Shown: positions 11,605-24,630, counted from the first letter of the stretch. The stretch is DNA of 64,000 nucleotides from Eledone cirrhosa (GCA_964016885.1 OZ024745.1:131812001-131876000); one strand, 5' to 3'. Numbers and translations are program-made. The notes: generated from the sequence alone by a model not told the origin.

Positions 11605-12224
11605 AGACATGGAGTCTTTCACTTCTATAGGACAGGTACCTCCCAAATAACACAGACATGGGGTCCTTTCACTTCTATAGGACAGGTACCTCCCAAATAA
11701 CACAGACATGGGGTCCTTTCACTTCTATAGGACAGGTACCTCCTAAATAACACAGACATGGGGTCCTTTCACTTCTATAGGACAGGTACCTCCCAAATAA
11801 CACAGACATGGGGTCCTTTCACTTCTATAGGACAGGTACCTCCCAAATAACACAGACATGGGGTCCTTTCACTTCTATAGGACAGGTACCTCCTAAATAA
11901 CACAGACATGGGGTCCTTTCACTTCTATAGGACAGGTACCTCCCAAATAACACAGACATGGGGTCCTTTCACTTCTATAGGACAGGTACCTCCCAAATAA
12001 CACAGACATGGGGTCCTTTCACTTCTATAGGACAGGTACCTCCCAAATAACACAGACATGGGGTCCTTTCACTTCTATAGGACAGGTACCTCCCAAATAA
12101 CACAGACATGGGGTCCTTTCACTTCTATAGGACAGGTACCTCCCAAATAACACAGACATGGGGTCCTTTCACTTCTATAGGACAGGTACCTCCCAAATAA
12201 CACAGACATGGGGGCCTTTCACTT
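11605..12224. repeat. 50-bp tandem array, 12 near-identical units
   Basis: unit ACTTCTATAGGACAGGTACCTCCCAAATAACACAGACATGGGGTCCTTTC, period 50 from 11621 to 12220. Confidence 0.97.
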
Positions 12225-12297
12225 ATGTTAACATATTGTTTATAGGAGTTGTTGAACTGAATCTTATGATGACAAATACAGCAGCTGTATTTATTAG

Positions 12298-12329
<32 letters not shown>

Positions 12330-12427
12330 TTACCACTATTACTACTACCACCACTACTACTATTACCACCACCTCTACCACCACCACCACTACTTCTACC
12401 ACCACCACCACCACCACCACCTCTACC

Positions 12428-12467
<40 letters not shown>

Positions 12468-12725
12468 ACAACACTAATACTACTACTACCACCACCACCA
12501 CTACCACCACTACCACCACCTCCACCACCAACACTACTACCACCACTACTACTACTACCAACACCACCACCACCACTACTACTACTGCTACTAGTCCGCC
12601 CCACTACTACTACTACCACCACTACTACTGCTGCTACTAGTGCCCCTCCACACCATTACAGCTACCACCACCACTACTACCACCACCACCACTACTACCA
12701 CTACTACTACCACCACTACTACTAT
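12298..12725. repeat. (ACC/ACT)n triplet repeat
   Basis: direct reading. Confidence 0.95.
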
Positions 12726-13149
12726 TTTTTACTATGACTCAGACTTCTGTGGAATACCAGGAGGTAGGAAGCTGTGTAATAACTGACAGGAAAGCTAATT
12801 GGTTGATTAGAAAAGCCAGTGAGGTGTGAAAATGTTGTAAGTCCAGCAAATTAAAGTCGTCAACTGGTCAGATATTTATGAATACGGTGTTGTAAATGAC
12901 AAATTCAATTATATCTCTAGAATTCAACGATGTCTGTATGCCAGGATGTCTAGATAACAAATATTGAAAAAGAGGGAGGTAGATCTCATACTTAGCTGCT
13001 GTCAACCATTGCCACAACTACCATGTCCTTGTAACTTGATCCTACAACTTAACCCATCAGAGACTGAAAATGGCTCCTGCCATCATAGTAAAACCTTGAC
13101 ATATTATACAAAGTAGAGTTGAGAATTGTTACAAATGGTAGAGTGTTGG

Positions 13150-13426
13150 CTGGGTTAGATTTAGACCTTGGTGGCCATACACAAACAATACACAACAAAG
13201 CCCACCAATTTTACATATCAAACTTAGCTTGGTGCAAGTAATTAGAATTGAAACGTTATACATACAGGTATTCAATTTAAAAATTCTAACCATCCTAAAG
13301 CTAAAAAGCCCAGCTGAGGGAACAAATAAATTTCTAGGGCGGTCACTAGTGGAGACCCCCCCCCACCCCACACTGCAGGAGGCCCAGGGCAATTGCCCCC
13401 TTTGCCCACCATTAAATCTGACCCTG
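13150..13426. mobile_element. hAT-type MITE
   Basis: TIRs CTGGGTTAGATTTA / TAAATCTGACCCTG; degenerate 8-bp TSD AGTGTTGG / AGTGTCAG. Confidence 0.6.
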
Positions 13427-13969
13427 AGTGTCAGACTCGATGATGCAACACAGTACTTATCATATTTCTCATTGTCAAAGATGCTTCAGCCTCTAAGATG
13501 CACCCTAATTTTGACAACCAAAAATTTGAAAAATAATAATAAACACAAAAATAAGGCCCTGGAACTTCAGGTCTTGTTACCTAATTTTTTAATGATATTT
13601 TGTTTATTTACTACTTTAACTAAGTATAATTTATACACTTCATTGAGAGGTCATATACAGGAGTTCAAATTACTGTCTAGCAGAGATAATTTCCCGCTGG
13701 GGCTAGGATATGCCTATGAGAAACATAACCTTCAGCCTCCAAGATAAATGGTAGATTTTTGAGAAATTTTATGAAAAAAATATCATCTTCGATGCTGGGA
13801 AATACGCTAGTTTTGTCCACCAACGATTCTGTGTTCAAACTCTACTGGTGTTGAATTTGACCTTCATCACTGCCAGAGTTGATAAAATAAATGGCAGTTT
13901 ATATACTGAAGGGAGGGGGTTATTGATTTTATGGTTCAAGAAAAAAATATATTTTGGTGAATATAACTA

Positions 13970-14280
13970 TATGAAGGCATGAGGTTAAGTGGTTAGCTAA
14001 GTGGATTTGGAATCGTGAGGTTGTGAGTTCAATTCCCAGACCGAGTGATGTATTATGTCCTTGAGCAAGACACTTTATCTGATGTTGCGCCTTCTGCCAG
14101 GTGTTGCAACTGGTAGATAGTATTAGCAATGGAAAACCAATGGGAACATTGTTTCTTTGGTCAGATTTGACCGCTCCACCTCACTCGGTAAGTGAATAAG
14201 GTCGGATCTTGCCGATTGATGTCTAGGGAGTGCAACATACAGTTACTGTGGGTTTACCAGAGTAAACACTTGATACGTAG
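13970..14280 (+). mobile_element. tRNA/CORE-type SINE, diverged
   Basis: tRNA-like head GGTTAAGTGGTTAG...GAGTTCAATTCCC, then TGTCCTTGAGCAAGACACTTTAT. Confidence 0.7.
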
Positions 14281-14419
14281 TTTCCTGTCTGTAAAGATGT
14301 GTAGAGCTAAGCAGAATGTAAATATAATAATAAAAGGATGATTTATTATGTCTTCATTACGATTATTGAGTAGTGATGCACGTTTCACTATTGATTAGCT
14401 CAAGGTTTGATGTCATAAA

Positions 14420-14815
14420 ATAGTTACCAGCAAAATACTGAAATAGGTGAGCATGTCCCATTGGCCATGTAATATTAGTAATATTACTACATATGAATAA
14501 CAGAGCACAAATAAGATAGGAGAAAGACTGTAAAAGAAATCAGCTATAAGTATGCAAGAGAAAGACTGTGCTGGTAGAGACATGTGATGTGTATGAAAGA
14601 TGATGTTTGAGTAAAGAATTGCTAAGTATCCAAAATGGAAGAAACTTGGAAACGCAGAAGACAATGAAAGACATGGGAAGAAGCAGTGAAGGCTGATCTT
14701 AAGTGGTTAAATCTTATGAAGGACAACAAGGAACTATAACAAATGATGAGATGCCAGTGTGCTGGAGAAAACCCATCTAACCCTGCAAGCATGAAAAACA
14801 GAAATATGAAGATGA
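14420..14815 (+). mobile_element. decayed RTE LINE 3' end
   Basis: similar to 7080-7478, including the AACCCTGCAAGCATGAAAAACAG tail. Confidence 0.6.
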
Positions 14816-14827
14816 TTTGTTTTCAAT

Positions 14828-15268
14828 ATCATCATCATCATCACCGTTTTACGTCCGTTCTTCCATGCTAGCATGGGTTAGACGGGTTGCCCTGCTTTGG
14901 GCAGTGTCCGGTCGGCTGACCTTATCTTGCTCATATGGGAACTGATTCTGGCTTGATTTCTACAGCTGGATGCCCTTCCTAACACCAACCTCATTTACAG
15001 TGAGTGCTGGGTGCATTTTTTTTCTGTGGCGCCTACATCACCACTTTACAGTGTGGGCTGGGTGCTTTTTTGCCGTGGCACCTCCACAACCACTTTGCAG
15101 TGGAATGATAGGGACCCCAGTCCTATCATCTCATTTCTACAGCTGAGTAAACTGGAGCAATGTGAAATAAAGTGTCTTGCTCAAGGAAACAACACATCAC
15201 CCCGGTCCGAGAATTGAACTCACAACCTTTCGATTGCAAGCCCAATGCTCTAACCATTAAGCCATGCG
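14828..15268 (-). mobile_element. near full-length tRNA-CORE-RTE composite SINE
   Basis: tRNA-like head (~15200-15268), CORE-like domain, GGAAGGGCATCCAGCTGTAGAAA segment, RTE tail with (GAT)n; close copies at 23270 and 55163. Confidence 0.85.
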
Positions 15269-15599
15269 AAAATTGATGAAACTATCAACCCTACCCCTTA
15301 CAGTGTTGTGTCTAGTCCAAAATAATATCCCCACCACCCCTCAATCAGAGGTAAGTTCTCAACAATCAGCAGAATTTCTACCTCATTCTTCTATATTCTT
15401 AAATGTATGGTTGTGTGTCTAAAAATTAATGTTTTGTTGAGGCTCCAGCCAGATCGGAAATGGTTGCATCTGACAGGACCCACAGGAAGGGCTGTTTGAT
15501 GGCTACCCCAACCTTGACCCTCTCGAGAATAAGTGGGCAAAGAAAAAGAAAAAAGAAGAAAATAAACCATAACGGTTAAGAAAACAAAGCAAACACATT

Positions 15600-15630
15600 A
15601 GTGGTGGTGGTAGTAGTAGTAGTAGCGATG

Positions 15631-15663
<33 letters not shown>

Positions 15664-15818
15664 ATAGTAGTAGTAGTAGTAGTGGTGGTGGTGGCAGTAA
15701 TAGTAGTAGTGATGGTGGTGGTGGTAGTAGTCATGGTAGTGGTAGCAGTGATGGTAGTAGTAGTAGTAGTAGTAGTGATAGTAGTAGTAGTAGTGATGGT
15801 GGTAGTAGTAGTAGTAGA
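15600..15818. repeat. (GTA/GTG)n triplet repeat
   Basis: direct reading. Confidence 0.95.
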
Positions 15819-16499
15819 TTAAGATGAAGGAGATGAAGACAGTGAAGAAGAAAGTATGAGAGGGCGACTAGTGTTAGAAAGTAAAAACTAAGAGAAAGCA
15901 AATCTCAGATATGGTATAGTGAAGACAGGAAATAAAACAGGTTTCTGAATTTCCATTTAAATATAAATTAGATTATTATATAATACAACAACAACTACAA
16001 CAATGACAACAACAATGATGACAAACAAACATAATAAAAAAAGAAAGAATGGTGATTCCATATTGGCTCAATATTCATTTTCAAAAGAACATCTCACTTT
16101 AAAGAGACTAAAACATTTAGAGATAGGGGTATTGAAAAAAAAAAAAAGATAAATCAAAATATAGGAGGTGGGGGCACTTCCTTTTTTGTATGTGCCAGCA
16201 TCTTTGATGTTAGCACAACTTAGCAGAATCGAAAATTATTAATATACATTTATCTGATTTAACAGATATGACAACAGCAAGAAGAATTTATTCGATCAAA
16301 GCATTTAGAGCAAAACTTTTTTTTCTCTCCTTATTTAAAGTTTCTAATCTGAAACACTTTATCAGAATAACTTTAATATAAATTGATTAGAATTTTTAAA
16401 TGGCTGAGAATTATATTTCATAATTTCATTTTCCTTATTTCATTTATTCATATTTTATTTTACTTTTTTTTTTAATATGTTATTATTGTTATTATTATT

Positions 16500-16886
16500 G
16501 CAATATCGGGAGAGCGTCAAACAACATGCTTTGCAGCTTAGAGTAACGGCCCTTTACGTCCTGAGTTCAAATCCCGCCGAGGTTAGCTTTGCCTTTCATC
16601 CTTATGGGGTTGATAAAACAAAGTACCAGTAATGCACTGCGTCGATTTAATCAACTTTCCCCTCCCCTTCAAATTGCTGGCCTTGTGCCAAAAGCAGAAA
16701 CATTATTTTAACCTCGGTGGGATTTGAACCAGCCGAGTTAACCTCAGCGGGTCCAAATCCCGCTGAGGTTAACTTTGCCTTTCACCCTTACGGGGTCGAT
16801 AAAATAAAGTACCAGTAATACACTGGTTTAATTGCTGGCCTTGTGCCAAAAGTAGAAACAAATATTATTATTATTATTATTATTAT
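16500..16886 (+). mobile_element. two Meta-domain-type SINEs with short inverted SINE pieces between them
   Basis: family motifs; TTAACCTCGGTGGGATTTGAAC (16708) is inverted relative to CAAATCCCGCTGAGGTTAA. Confidence 0.8.
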
Positions 16887-16982
16887 TTCAATTGGTTTTG
16901 TTTTTGACAGTTTTTTTATTCTTATATCATTCCTGCCTGGAGGTGAGAACCGTCTGTCAAAATGTTTACATATCCACCTCAC

Positions 16983-17042
16983 AGTTTAAATATTCCATCT
17001 GAAATATTCAAAGAGTATTTCAAAGGAGGAGGAGGAGAGATA
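16983..17042 (-). other. candidate 60-nt exon
   Basis: Strong acceptor tttattttctgttcttctctttctcttgcag| and donor AACT|gtgagg; one open frame (ISPPPPLKYSLNISDGIFK). Confidence 0.25.
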
Positions 17043-17410
17043 CTGCAAGAGAAAGAGAAGAACAGAAAATAAAAGCATAAAAAAATATCAACAACAAAAA
17101 TAAAGTGTAACAATACCAAATGAAAGAAAAGAAGCTTAACCCCCTCCCCACAAAAAACACCTCTCCCCAAATTATATCTATGGAAGCTTGAGTGAAATTG
17201 TCTCTGTATAATTGTTTCGAGAACTAGCATTCTCATAGAGAAGAAAGTTTTCAGCGAGGGAGCAATATACAGGATATAAAACAGCATCTTGGCAATTGAA
17301 ACTATAGCCTTTCAGCAAGATGTGAAGAAATTCTGCCTCTCTTATTGATTTTTCTTAGCATAGCACTGGAAATTTTGGCTAATAAATTATATCACGTCAT
17401 AAGAGATGAG

Positions 17411-17444
<34 letters not shown>

Positions 17445-17810
17445 TATTTTGTGGTAGCTTTTCAAGGTTCACTAAATTTATTCCCAGAGGACAAAAAAGA
17501 GCACACACACACACATATATATATGTGTGAATGTGTGTGTGTTTGTATGCATATATATATATAAGACTGATAGAGTAAGATTACAGTTTAGTGACAGGAA
17601 TGGATCAGAGAAAAGAAAGAAAAGGAAAAAGAAAAAAAAAGTTAGCAGACTTAATGGTTGGAACTAATGTAGACACTACACACTATTTACCGTTTAGTTG
17701 CATGCTAAAATTAATGGCTAGAACCAATTCAATGAGGCTGTTAGCATGTTTGACAGGTGGTGAGGTGGTAACTCTTGTACAGACTGGTTTCTGTTGAAAC
17801 CACATATTAC

Positions 17811-17871
17811 CTTTCTAATACATTTAGCTGGATAAAATCGCTTGAGGGCTTCTTTAAACCAGGGAATAAAT
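17811..17871 (-). other. candidate 61-nt exon
   Basis: cacag|...GAAAG|gtaata; two frames open (DLFPGLKKPSSDFIQLNVLE or FIPWFKEALKRFYPAKCIRK); weak pyrimidine tract. Confidence 0.15.
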
Positions 17872-17911
17872 CTGTGCAGCTCTGATACTGATAATGGCCG
17901 TAGTTGCAGCG

Positions 17912-19392
17912 ATGGTGGTGGTGGTAGGGGTGGTAGTGGTGGTGGTAGTGGTGGTAGTGGTGGTGGTAGAGGTGGTAGTGGTGGTAGAGGTATTGGTATT
18001 GGTGGTGGGTAGAGGTGGTAGTGGTGGTGGTAGAGGTGGTAGTGGTGATAGAGGTATTGGTATTGGTGGTGGGTAGAGGTGGTAGTGGTGGTGGTAGAGG
18101 TGGTAGTGGTGATAGAGGTATTGGTATTGGTGGTGGTAGTGGTGGTAGTGGTGATAGAGGTATTGGTATTGGTGGTGGTAGAGGTGGTAGTAGAGGTGGT
18201 AGTGGTGATAGAGGTATTGATATTGGTGGTGGGTAGAGGCAATAGTGGTGGTGGTAGAGGTGGTAGTGGTGATAGAGGTATTGGTATTGGTGGTGGTAGA
18301 GGTGGTAGTGGTGATAGAGGTATTGGTATTGGTGGTGGTAGTGGTGGTAGTGGTGATAGAGGTATTGGTATTGGTGGTGGTAGTGGTGATAGAGGTATTG
18401 GTATTGGTGGTGGGTAGAGGTGGTAGTGGTGGTGGTAGAGGTGGTAGTGGTGATAGAGGTATTGGTATTGGTGGTGGTAGTGGTGGTAGTGGTGATAGAG
18501 GTATTGGTATTGGTGGTGGTAGAGGTGGTAGTAGAGGTGGTAGTGGTGATAGAGGTATTGATATTGGTGGTGGGTAGAGGCAATAGTGGTGGTGGTAGAG
18601 GTGGTAGTGGTGATAGAGGTATTGGTATTGGTGGTGGTAGAGGTGGTAGTAGAGGTGGTAGTGGTGATAGAGGTATTGATATTGGTGGTGGGTAGAGGCA
18701 ATAGTGGTGGTGGTAGAGGTGGTAGTGGTGATAGAGGTATTGGTATTGGTGGTGGTAGAGGTGGTAGTGGTGATAGAGGTATTGGTATTGGTGGTGGTAG
18801 TGGTGGTAGTGGTGATAGAGGTATTGGTATTGGTGGTGGGTAGAGGCAATAGTGGTGGTGGTAGAGGTGGTAGTGGTGATAGAGGTATTGGTATTGGTGG
18901 TGGGTAGAGGTGGTAGTGGTGATAGAGGTATTGGTATTGGTGGTGGGTAGAGGTGGTAGTGGTGGTGGTAGAGGTGGTAGTGGTGATAGAGGTATTGGTA
19001 TTGGTGGTGGGTAGAGGTGGTAGTGGTGATAGAGGTATTGGTATTGGTGGTGGGTAGAGGTGGTAGTGGTGATAGAGGTATTGGTATTGGTGGTGGGTAG
19101 AGGCAATAGTGGTGGTGGTAGAGGTGGTAGTGGTGATAGAGGTATTGGTATTGGTGGTGGGTAGAGGTGGTAGTGGTGATAGAGGTATTGGTATTGGTGG
19201 TGGGTAGAGGTGGTAGTGGTGGTGGTAGAGGTGGTAGTGGTGATAGAGGTATTGGTATTGGTGGTGGGTAGAGGCAATAGTGGTGGTGGTAGAGGTGGTA
19301 GTGGTGATAGAGGTATTGGTATTGGTGGTGGGTAGAGGCAATAGTGGTGGTGGTGGTAGAGGAGGTAGTGGTGGGGTGGTGGTAGTAGTGGA
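17912..19392. repeat. G-rich complex minisatellite with variable-length units
   Basis: recurring GGTAGAGGTGGTAGTGGTGATAGAGGTATTGGTATTGGTGGTG with modular insertions. Confidence 0.95.
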
Positions 19393-19571
19393 GGAAGATT
19401 CAACTAGTTTTATAACTAAATACAGATTTATCGTACAATATTAAAAAGAGATATGGACTCCAGGCATCATAATAAAATATCTGTGTGGGATATATAGATA
19501 TAGTAGAGAGTGAGAGTTTAGAACCTGCATCAGGGGAGAGTATGAAGATACATGAGGGGGTCACTGGATGG

Positions 19572-19609
<38 letters not shown>

Positions 19610-19612
<3 letters not shown>

Positions 19613-19802
19613 TATAACACAAATGATAAATCACCAAGGTTTAACAGTTAATACATTATTTGATTTACATATGTTTCATTCTTCTCCAAAGCTGTTGCTT
19701 TCAATAACTTTGGAAAGAAATCATCAGAATCAATTATACATAACATAGAAAAGGTATTTATTGACCGACCATGTGTGTACATCGCCACTGAAGTGTTGAA
19801 AA

Positions 19803-19808
<6 letters not shown>
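19610..19808 (-). mobile_element. short Penelope-like element between two (TA)n tracts
   Basis: ~200-bp unique segment flanked by (TA)n and carrying a hammerhead motif. Confidence 0.55.
19660..19733 (-). ncRNA. type I hammerhead ribozyme motif with long stem II
   Basis: Minus strand: TTGATT-CTGATGA-[TTTCTTTCCAAAGTTATTG-AAAG-CAACAGCTTTGGAGAAGAAT]-GAAA-CATATG-TA-AATCAA. Confidence 0.75.
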
Positions 19809-19845
<37 letters not shown>

Positions 19846-20393
19846 GCAAGTTTGAAGAATTATTAGATACAATTTACCCACTCTTTCTTCACCCTAGTCC
19901 GTAAGAAATCAACCAGATAAATAATCATTTAAACGGAGTTATAAGTTTAAAATGTAACTATAAAGAAATAATAGATAAATGATACAGACTATTTTCTGCG
20001 AGGAACAGTCAGATAAAATTTATCTAGTCATTCCTTTTAGCCCGTAGAAATTAACTAGACAAATAATCAATTAAACGGAGCTAAGTCTAAAATATAAGTT
20101 AGAAGAAATAATGCATATAAACTTTACCAAAATTATATATACAGTGTACCTCCGCTTCTTTCATAAGAACCTAACTAATAATTGACCGTGGATACCATCA
20201 CATATTTGCGGGATCGTAAATATCTTTGCCGATTTTTTTAATGGCTTTTTTCATGGCAATATATATTTTTTTAACACTAAATTATTAATAACAATATACC
20301 ATATTAGCCAGCCTATTGGAAGCCCCTTCATATAAGACGCTCCCTCTTTTTTATTATATTTTACATTATATTTTGACGTTTATAGGCATTATT

Positions 20394-21385
20394 TTTCCAA
20401 TATTTTTAGCTTTTTCTTTTTCTTTGATTACCATGGTAACAGGGGTTGGACCTGTCTGGTAAATAACATGGCTATTGATCTCAATAGCATGTCATTTCAT
20501 CTGTGAGGTCTAACCTTGTGAAAATATCTTACACCCACCCCATTTCTATTTATATATAACCACTGTATTTTCTCCATCCAACTCTTGCCCTGCCACTACC
20601 AGAAGAAATAGTTCCAGCATTCTTATCCAAAATCTGAAACAAGAAATTTTAGGACATGTGTGAACTTAACCTCTTCATCACTATATTTTTAATGAAATTA
20701 ACTATTGAAGAATTTACTAAAATTGTTAATTATTTCATTACTAAGGGAGCCAGCTGGATCAGATGGAAACAGTTCCTTCTGACGGGATCCGGTGGAAGGA
20801 TTTGAAGACTCTGCCCCCACAACTGTCTCGTGAATAAGTAGGGAAAGAATGAGGAAGAGGAGAAGGGGAAGGAGGACGAGAAGAAGAAAAAATGGTTCTT
20901 ATATAAAATTGTTGGAAGATTCTATAAACTGGAACCCTTTAAAATGGATGGTTTCGTTTATAGAATCAGAATCAATTTTGACCAAGTTGGTATCAGAAAA
21001 ATTGATAAAGTTTATTTACCATTAGTAAATTTGTAATTTGTCATGTGGTTGGTACATTACAAGATGTCAAAAGAGTAAAATATTTGTCATGAAATATTAA
21101 TATTTACATTGTAATCTCTAACTAACAATGAACTCCACCTGCAATAATGTCTATAAAATGGCTGTTACATTTTATATTATAATTGCTACATAAAAATAAA
21201 CAATGTTTCCATTGATCTTTCTAGTTGCTAGTACTATCTGTCGGTTGCAACTCCAGGTAGAAGGAGCATATGTATATATATATAGATATATATATATATA
21301 TCAAGAGCCATGTTATTTATCAGACAAGTCCAACCCCTGTTACCATGGTAATCAAAGAAAAAGAAAAAGCTAAAAATATTGGAAA
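20394..21385. repeat. ~85-bp inverted repeat pair (20394-20479 / 21300-21385)
   Basis: TCTTTGATTACCATGGTAACAGGGGTTGGAC versus GTCCAACCCCTGTTACCATGGTAATCAAAGA. Confidence 0.85.
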
Positions 21386-22479
21386 TGATGATGATGATGA
21401 TGGTGGCAAAAAATGAAAGTAAAAGCATGAATAAATGGAACTACTAAAAGCAATTAAATGACCATTTTACCAACAGTGGAGGGTTGCGGAATTATTAAGG
21501 CAATTAAAAATCAAAAGGAGGTAATTTATTTATTTATTTTTGTTTCGGAAGTTTTCAAAGAGTTAGAGACAGGGGCGTCTGTTTCTGAAATAACCAGTGA
21601 AATGCAAGAGCAGAAGTGCTTAAAATAGTACATGAAGAGAATTTAGGAACAATGCAAGAGAGGAAACAAGGAAGAGAATACAAGAGACATCAAATTAGCA
21701 TGTATATTCTGTCTTCATGAACATTCTTCATGTAGCACCAGTGCGATCAATAAAAGAAACTATTGATTGACTAGCTTGGTGATTTGCTAATGAGTCAATA
21801 TAAATAACTGAAGTATGTACACTTAGGAAGATTTCTATTCATATAACAACAGGATCTTTTACTATTCAATGAATATCACTTTATAAGGATTTCATAAATA
21901 ATAAATTTTCACATTCATAATAATGTGATTATCTCACAGAGCTTTCTTTATTTTGTTTAGAAATGTTTTAAGATTTGCAAACAGAAATTTACTGAATTAA
22001 AGATATGCATATATTTACCTGTATTGATTAAATATATGAATATATTTACCTGTATTGATTAGTGTTAACACCACAAGCAATTACAACAGTAAATGAAATT
22101 GACTGAAATAACAAGTAAAATCTATAACCTGGGCTGCATACATCACAGGGAAGAAATTTCATTTTTTTTTTTTTTTTGCAGGAGAGGGGGCTGACGTGTT
22201 TATTTCTTCAACATTTTACATCGTATCTTTTTCAGCAAACATAGTGAGGAGGGGGGGGGGGGTTATTTGTGTTGAGCTGGAGCATGGAGCAAGAATGGTG
22301 AAGAATGACTGGTGTAAAGTGAAGAATGACTAGAAAGAAATACTTACAGATACCTGTTTCATGAAATATTAAGGTGTAAATAGCTTTAGTTTGTCTTTAG
22401 TGGGGTAAGTTAAATTTTACAACAAAGTAAACCATTTACTGTCCTGTTTATGATTTTACAATCATCATCATTAGCCACA

Positions 22480-22650
22480 GTAGATGTAGACCAAGAAAGA
22501 CCTGGGCAGAGGGTATGAGAGCTGACTTTAAATCACTGAGACTCACAGAGGAATGACAAAGGATCACTAGGAGTGGATAGATGCTGTGTAGAGAAGGACC
22601 CATCCAGCCCATGCAAGCATGGAAAGGCAGACATAAAAACAAGGATGGTA
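22480..22650 (+). mobile_element. RTE LINE 3' tail fragment
   Basis: RPRKTWAEGMRADFKSLRLTE and CCCATGCAAGCATGGAAAGGCAGACATAAAA. Confidence 0.75.
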
Positions 22651-23235
22651 TCATATCAATGTTGTAAAGCTCTACTTTGAAGCAGCTATTTTATAACTTG
22701 CTGTTGAGTGGTGTTCTGTAGCTCAAGTTTAAAGAGGACATTATTGTTACAGAGTTCGAGAATAAAGTAGGTATTTTATAACACTATCTCATTCATAATA
22801 TCAATCACCTGCTCAGGAAATACAACTAGTAACTATTTGTTTTTTTTAGTTATATAGTACTGGATCTAGTAAATATATTGATCAATACGACAATATAGTG
22901 TGAGAACGTGCATTTGAAATCATGTATGCTTCAACAATTGCAACACTTTATACACAAATATATTTTAACCTTTCACCCCCACCCCCACCCCACTTCTGCT
23001 TTTATGAAACAAAACCACCTATTTAAATTAAAATATTCCTGTATAATTTGATTTGAGAACCTTTTGTTATTGTTACCATCTCTACTTTTTATTATATTGT
23101 GCAGACTCTTGCTAGTTCATTTAAGAGAGATTTAATGTATCATTGTGGAATATAGAAGGGCAAAACCAGCCAGCAGGAGACCCAGCCGGATAAGTTGGAG
23201 ATGGTTGCTTCTAACAGGACACACATATCTACATG

Positions 23236-23269
<34 letters not shown>

Positions 23270-23605
23270 TCATCATTTCATTTTACGTCCGCTTTTCCCT
23301 GCTTGCAAGGGTGGGACAGGAACTGATTCTGGCTTGATTTCTACAGCTGGATGCCCTTCCTAACACGAACCTCATTTACAGTGAGTGCTGGGTGCTTTTT
23401 TGCCGTGGCACCTCCACGACCATTTTGCAGTGGAATGATAGGGACCCCAGTCCTATCATCTTATTTCTACAGCTGAGTAAACTGGAGCAATGTGAAATAA
23501 AGTGTCTTGCTCAAGGAAACAACACATCACCCGGTCTGAGAATTGAACTCACAACCTTTCGATTGCAAGGCCAATGTTATAACCATTAAGCCATGTGCCT
23601 CCACA
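23270..23605 (-). mobile_element. tRNA-CORE-RTE composite SINE
   Basis: close match to 14940-15268 and 55163-55500. Confidence 0.85.
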
Positions 23606-23619
23606 TATATACACATATG

Positions 23620-23651
<32 letters not shown>

Positions 23652-24223
23652 CACGTATGTGGAATACTTAATAAGCACGCACACATACACATATATATAT
23701 ATATATATATACATACACGTATGTGGAATACTCAATAAACATCAACAGAACTGATGGAGGTCCAATAAGTAATGCGTGTGTCTGTGTATGTGTAGGTGTG
23801 TGTGTGTATGCATGTGTGTGTATGTATGTGTATATCTGTGTGTGGGTGATACAACAATTCTGAATTTCCACCAATTGAGTGAAGTAACAGCAAAAGAAAA
23901 AAAGGAATATTTTTCTGTGCAACTTTAAGAACCAGTAGTGGGATGTGGTCAGTGTCTTTCCCAAATTAAATTATGACACACAAGAATATTTATGGATGAA
24001 CAACTAACTAAAATGTTGTTTGATTCCCACATGAGCAGAAAGTGAAAACAAAAAGCACCATAAAAATAAAAGAGAAAGCAAAAGGAATATTTGCAAGCAT
24101 GGCAACTAAGTATTATTATTTTTAGCATCTCATAACACACTGTGAAAAATTAATATTGATAAATGGAGATACTGTTAAAGCTGAATATCAAATCAGAGAA
24201 ACAAAGCATGTATGCACATAGAA

Positions 24224-24589
24224 ACACACACACACACACATATATATATATATGTACAAACACACACATTATATATATATATATACAAACACACACACAC
24301 ACATATATATACACAAACACACACACATGTATATGCATACATAAATATATATATATATATATACATATATACATATATATAAATACATATATACATATAC
24401 ATATACATGTACATATATACATATACATATATATATACATATATATACATATATATATATACATATATATACATATATATATATATATATACATATATAT
24501 ATACACACATATATATACACACAAATATATATATATATATATCATCATCATCATCATCACCGTTTTACGTCCGTTCTTCCACGTTAGTA

Positions 24590-24621
<32 letters not shown>

Positions 24622-24630
24622 CATACAGAT
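24224..24630. repeat. (TA)/(CA) compound microsatellite with an RTE-tail stub
   Basis: direct reading. Confidence 0.95.

Noticed and set aside
15200-15268. tRNA gene (also 13975, 23540 and 55430)
   Set aside because: A/B-box heads of SINEs continuing into CORE-like bodies; no full cloverleaf
17718-19403. 561-aa and 495-aa Pro/Thr/His-rich ORFs
   Set aside because: Read-through of a minisatellite; unit lengths are not all multiples of 3, so the peptide cycles through all frames
19893-20111. Diverged ~80-bp direct repeat pair
   Set aside because: Real but uninformative; probably an internal repeat of an old transposon
20141-20568. Complete Tc1/mariner MITE (TA|CAGTG...CACTG|TA)
   Set aside because: Terminal match is only ~5 bp; boundaries cannot be supported
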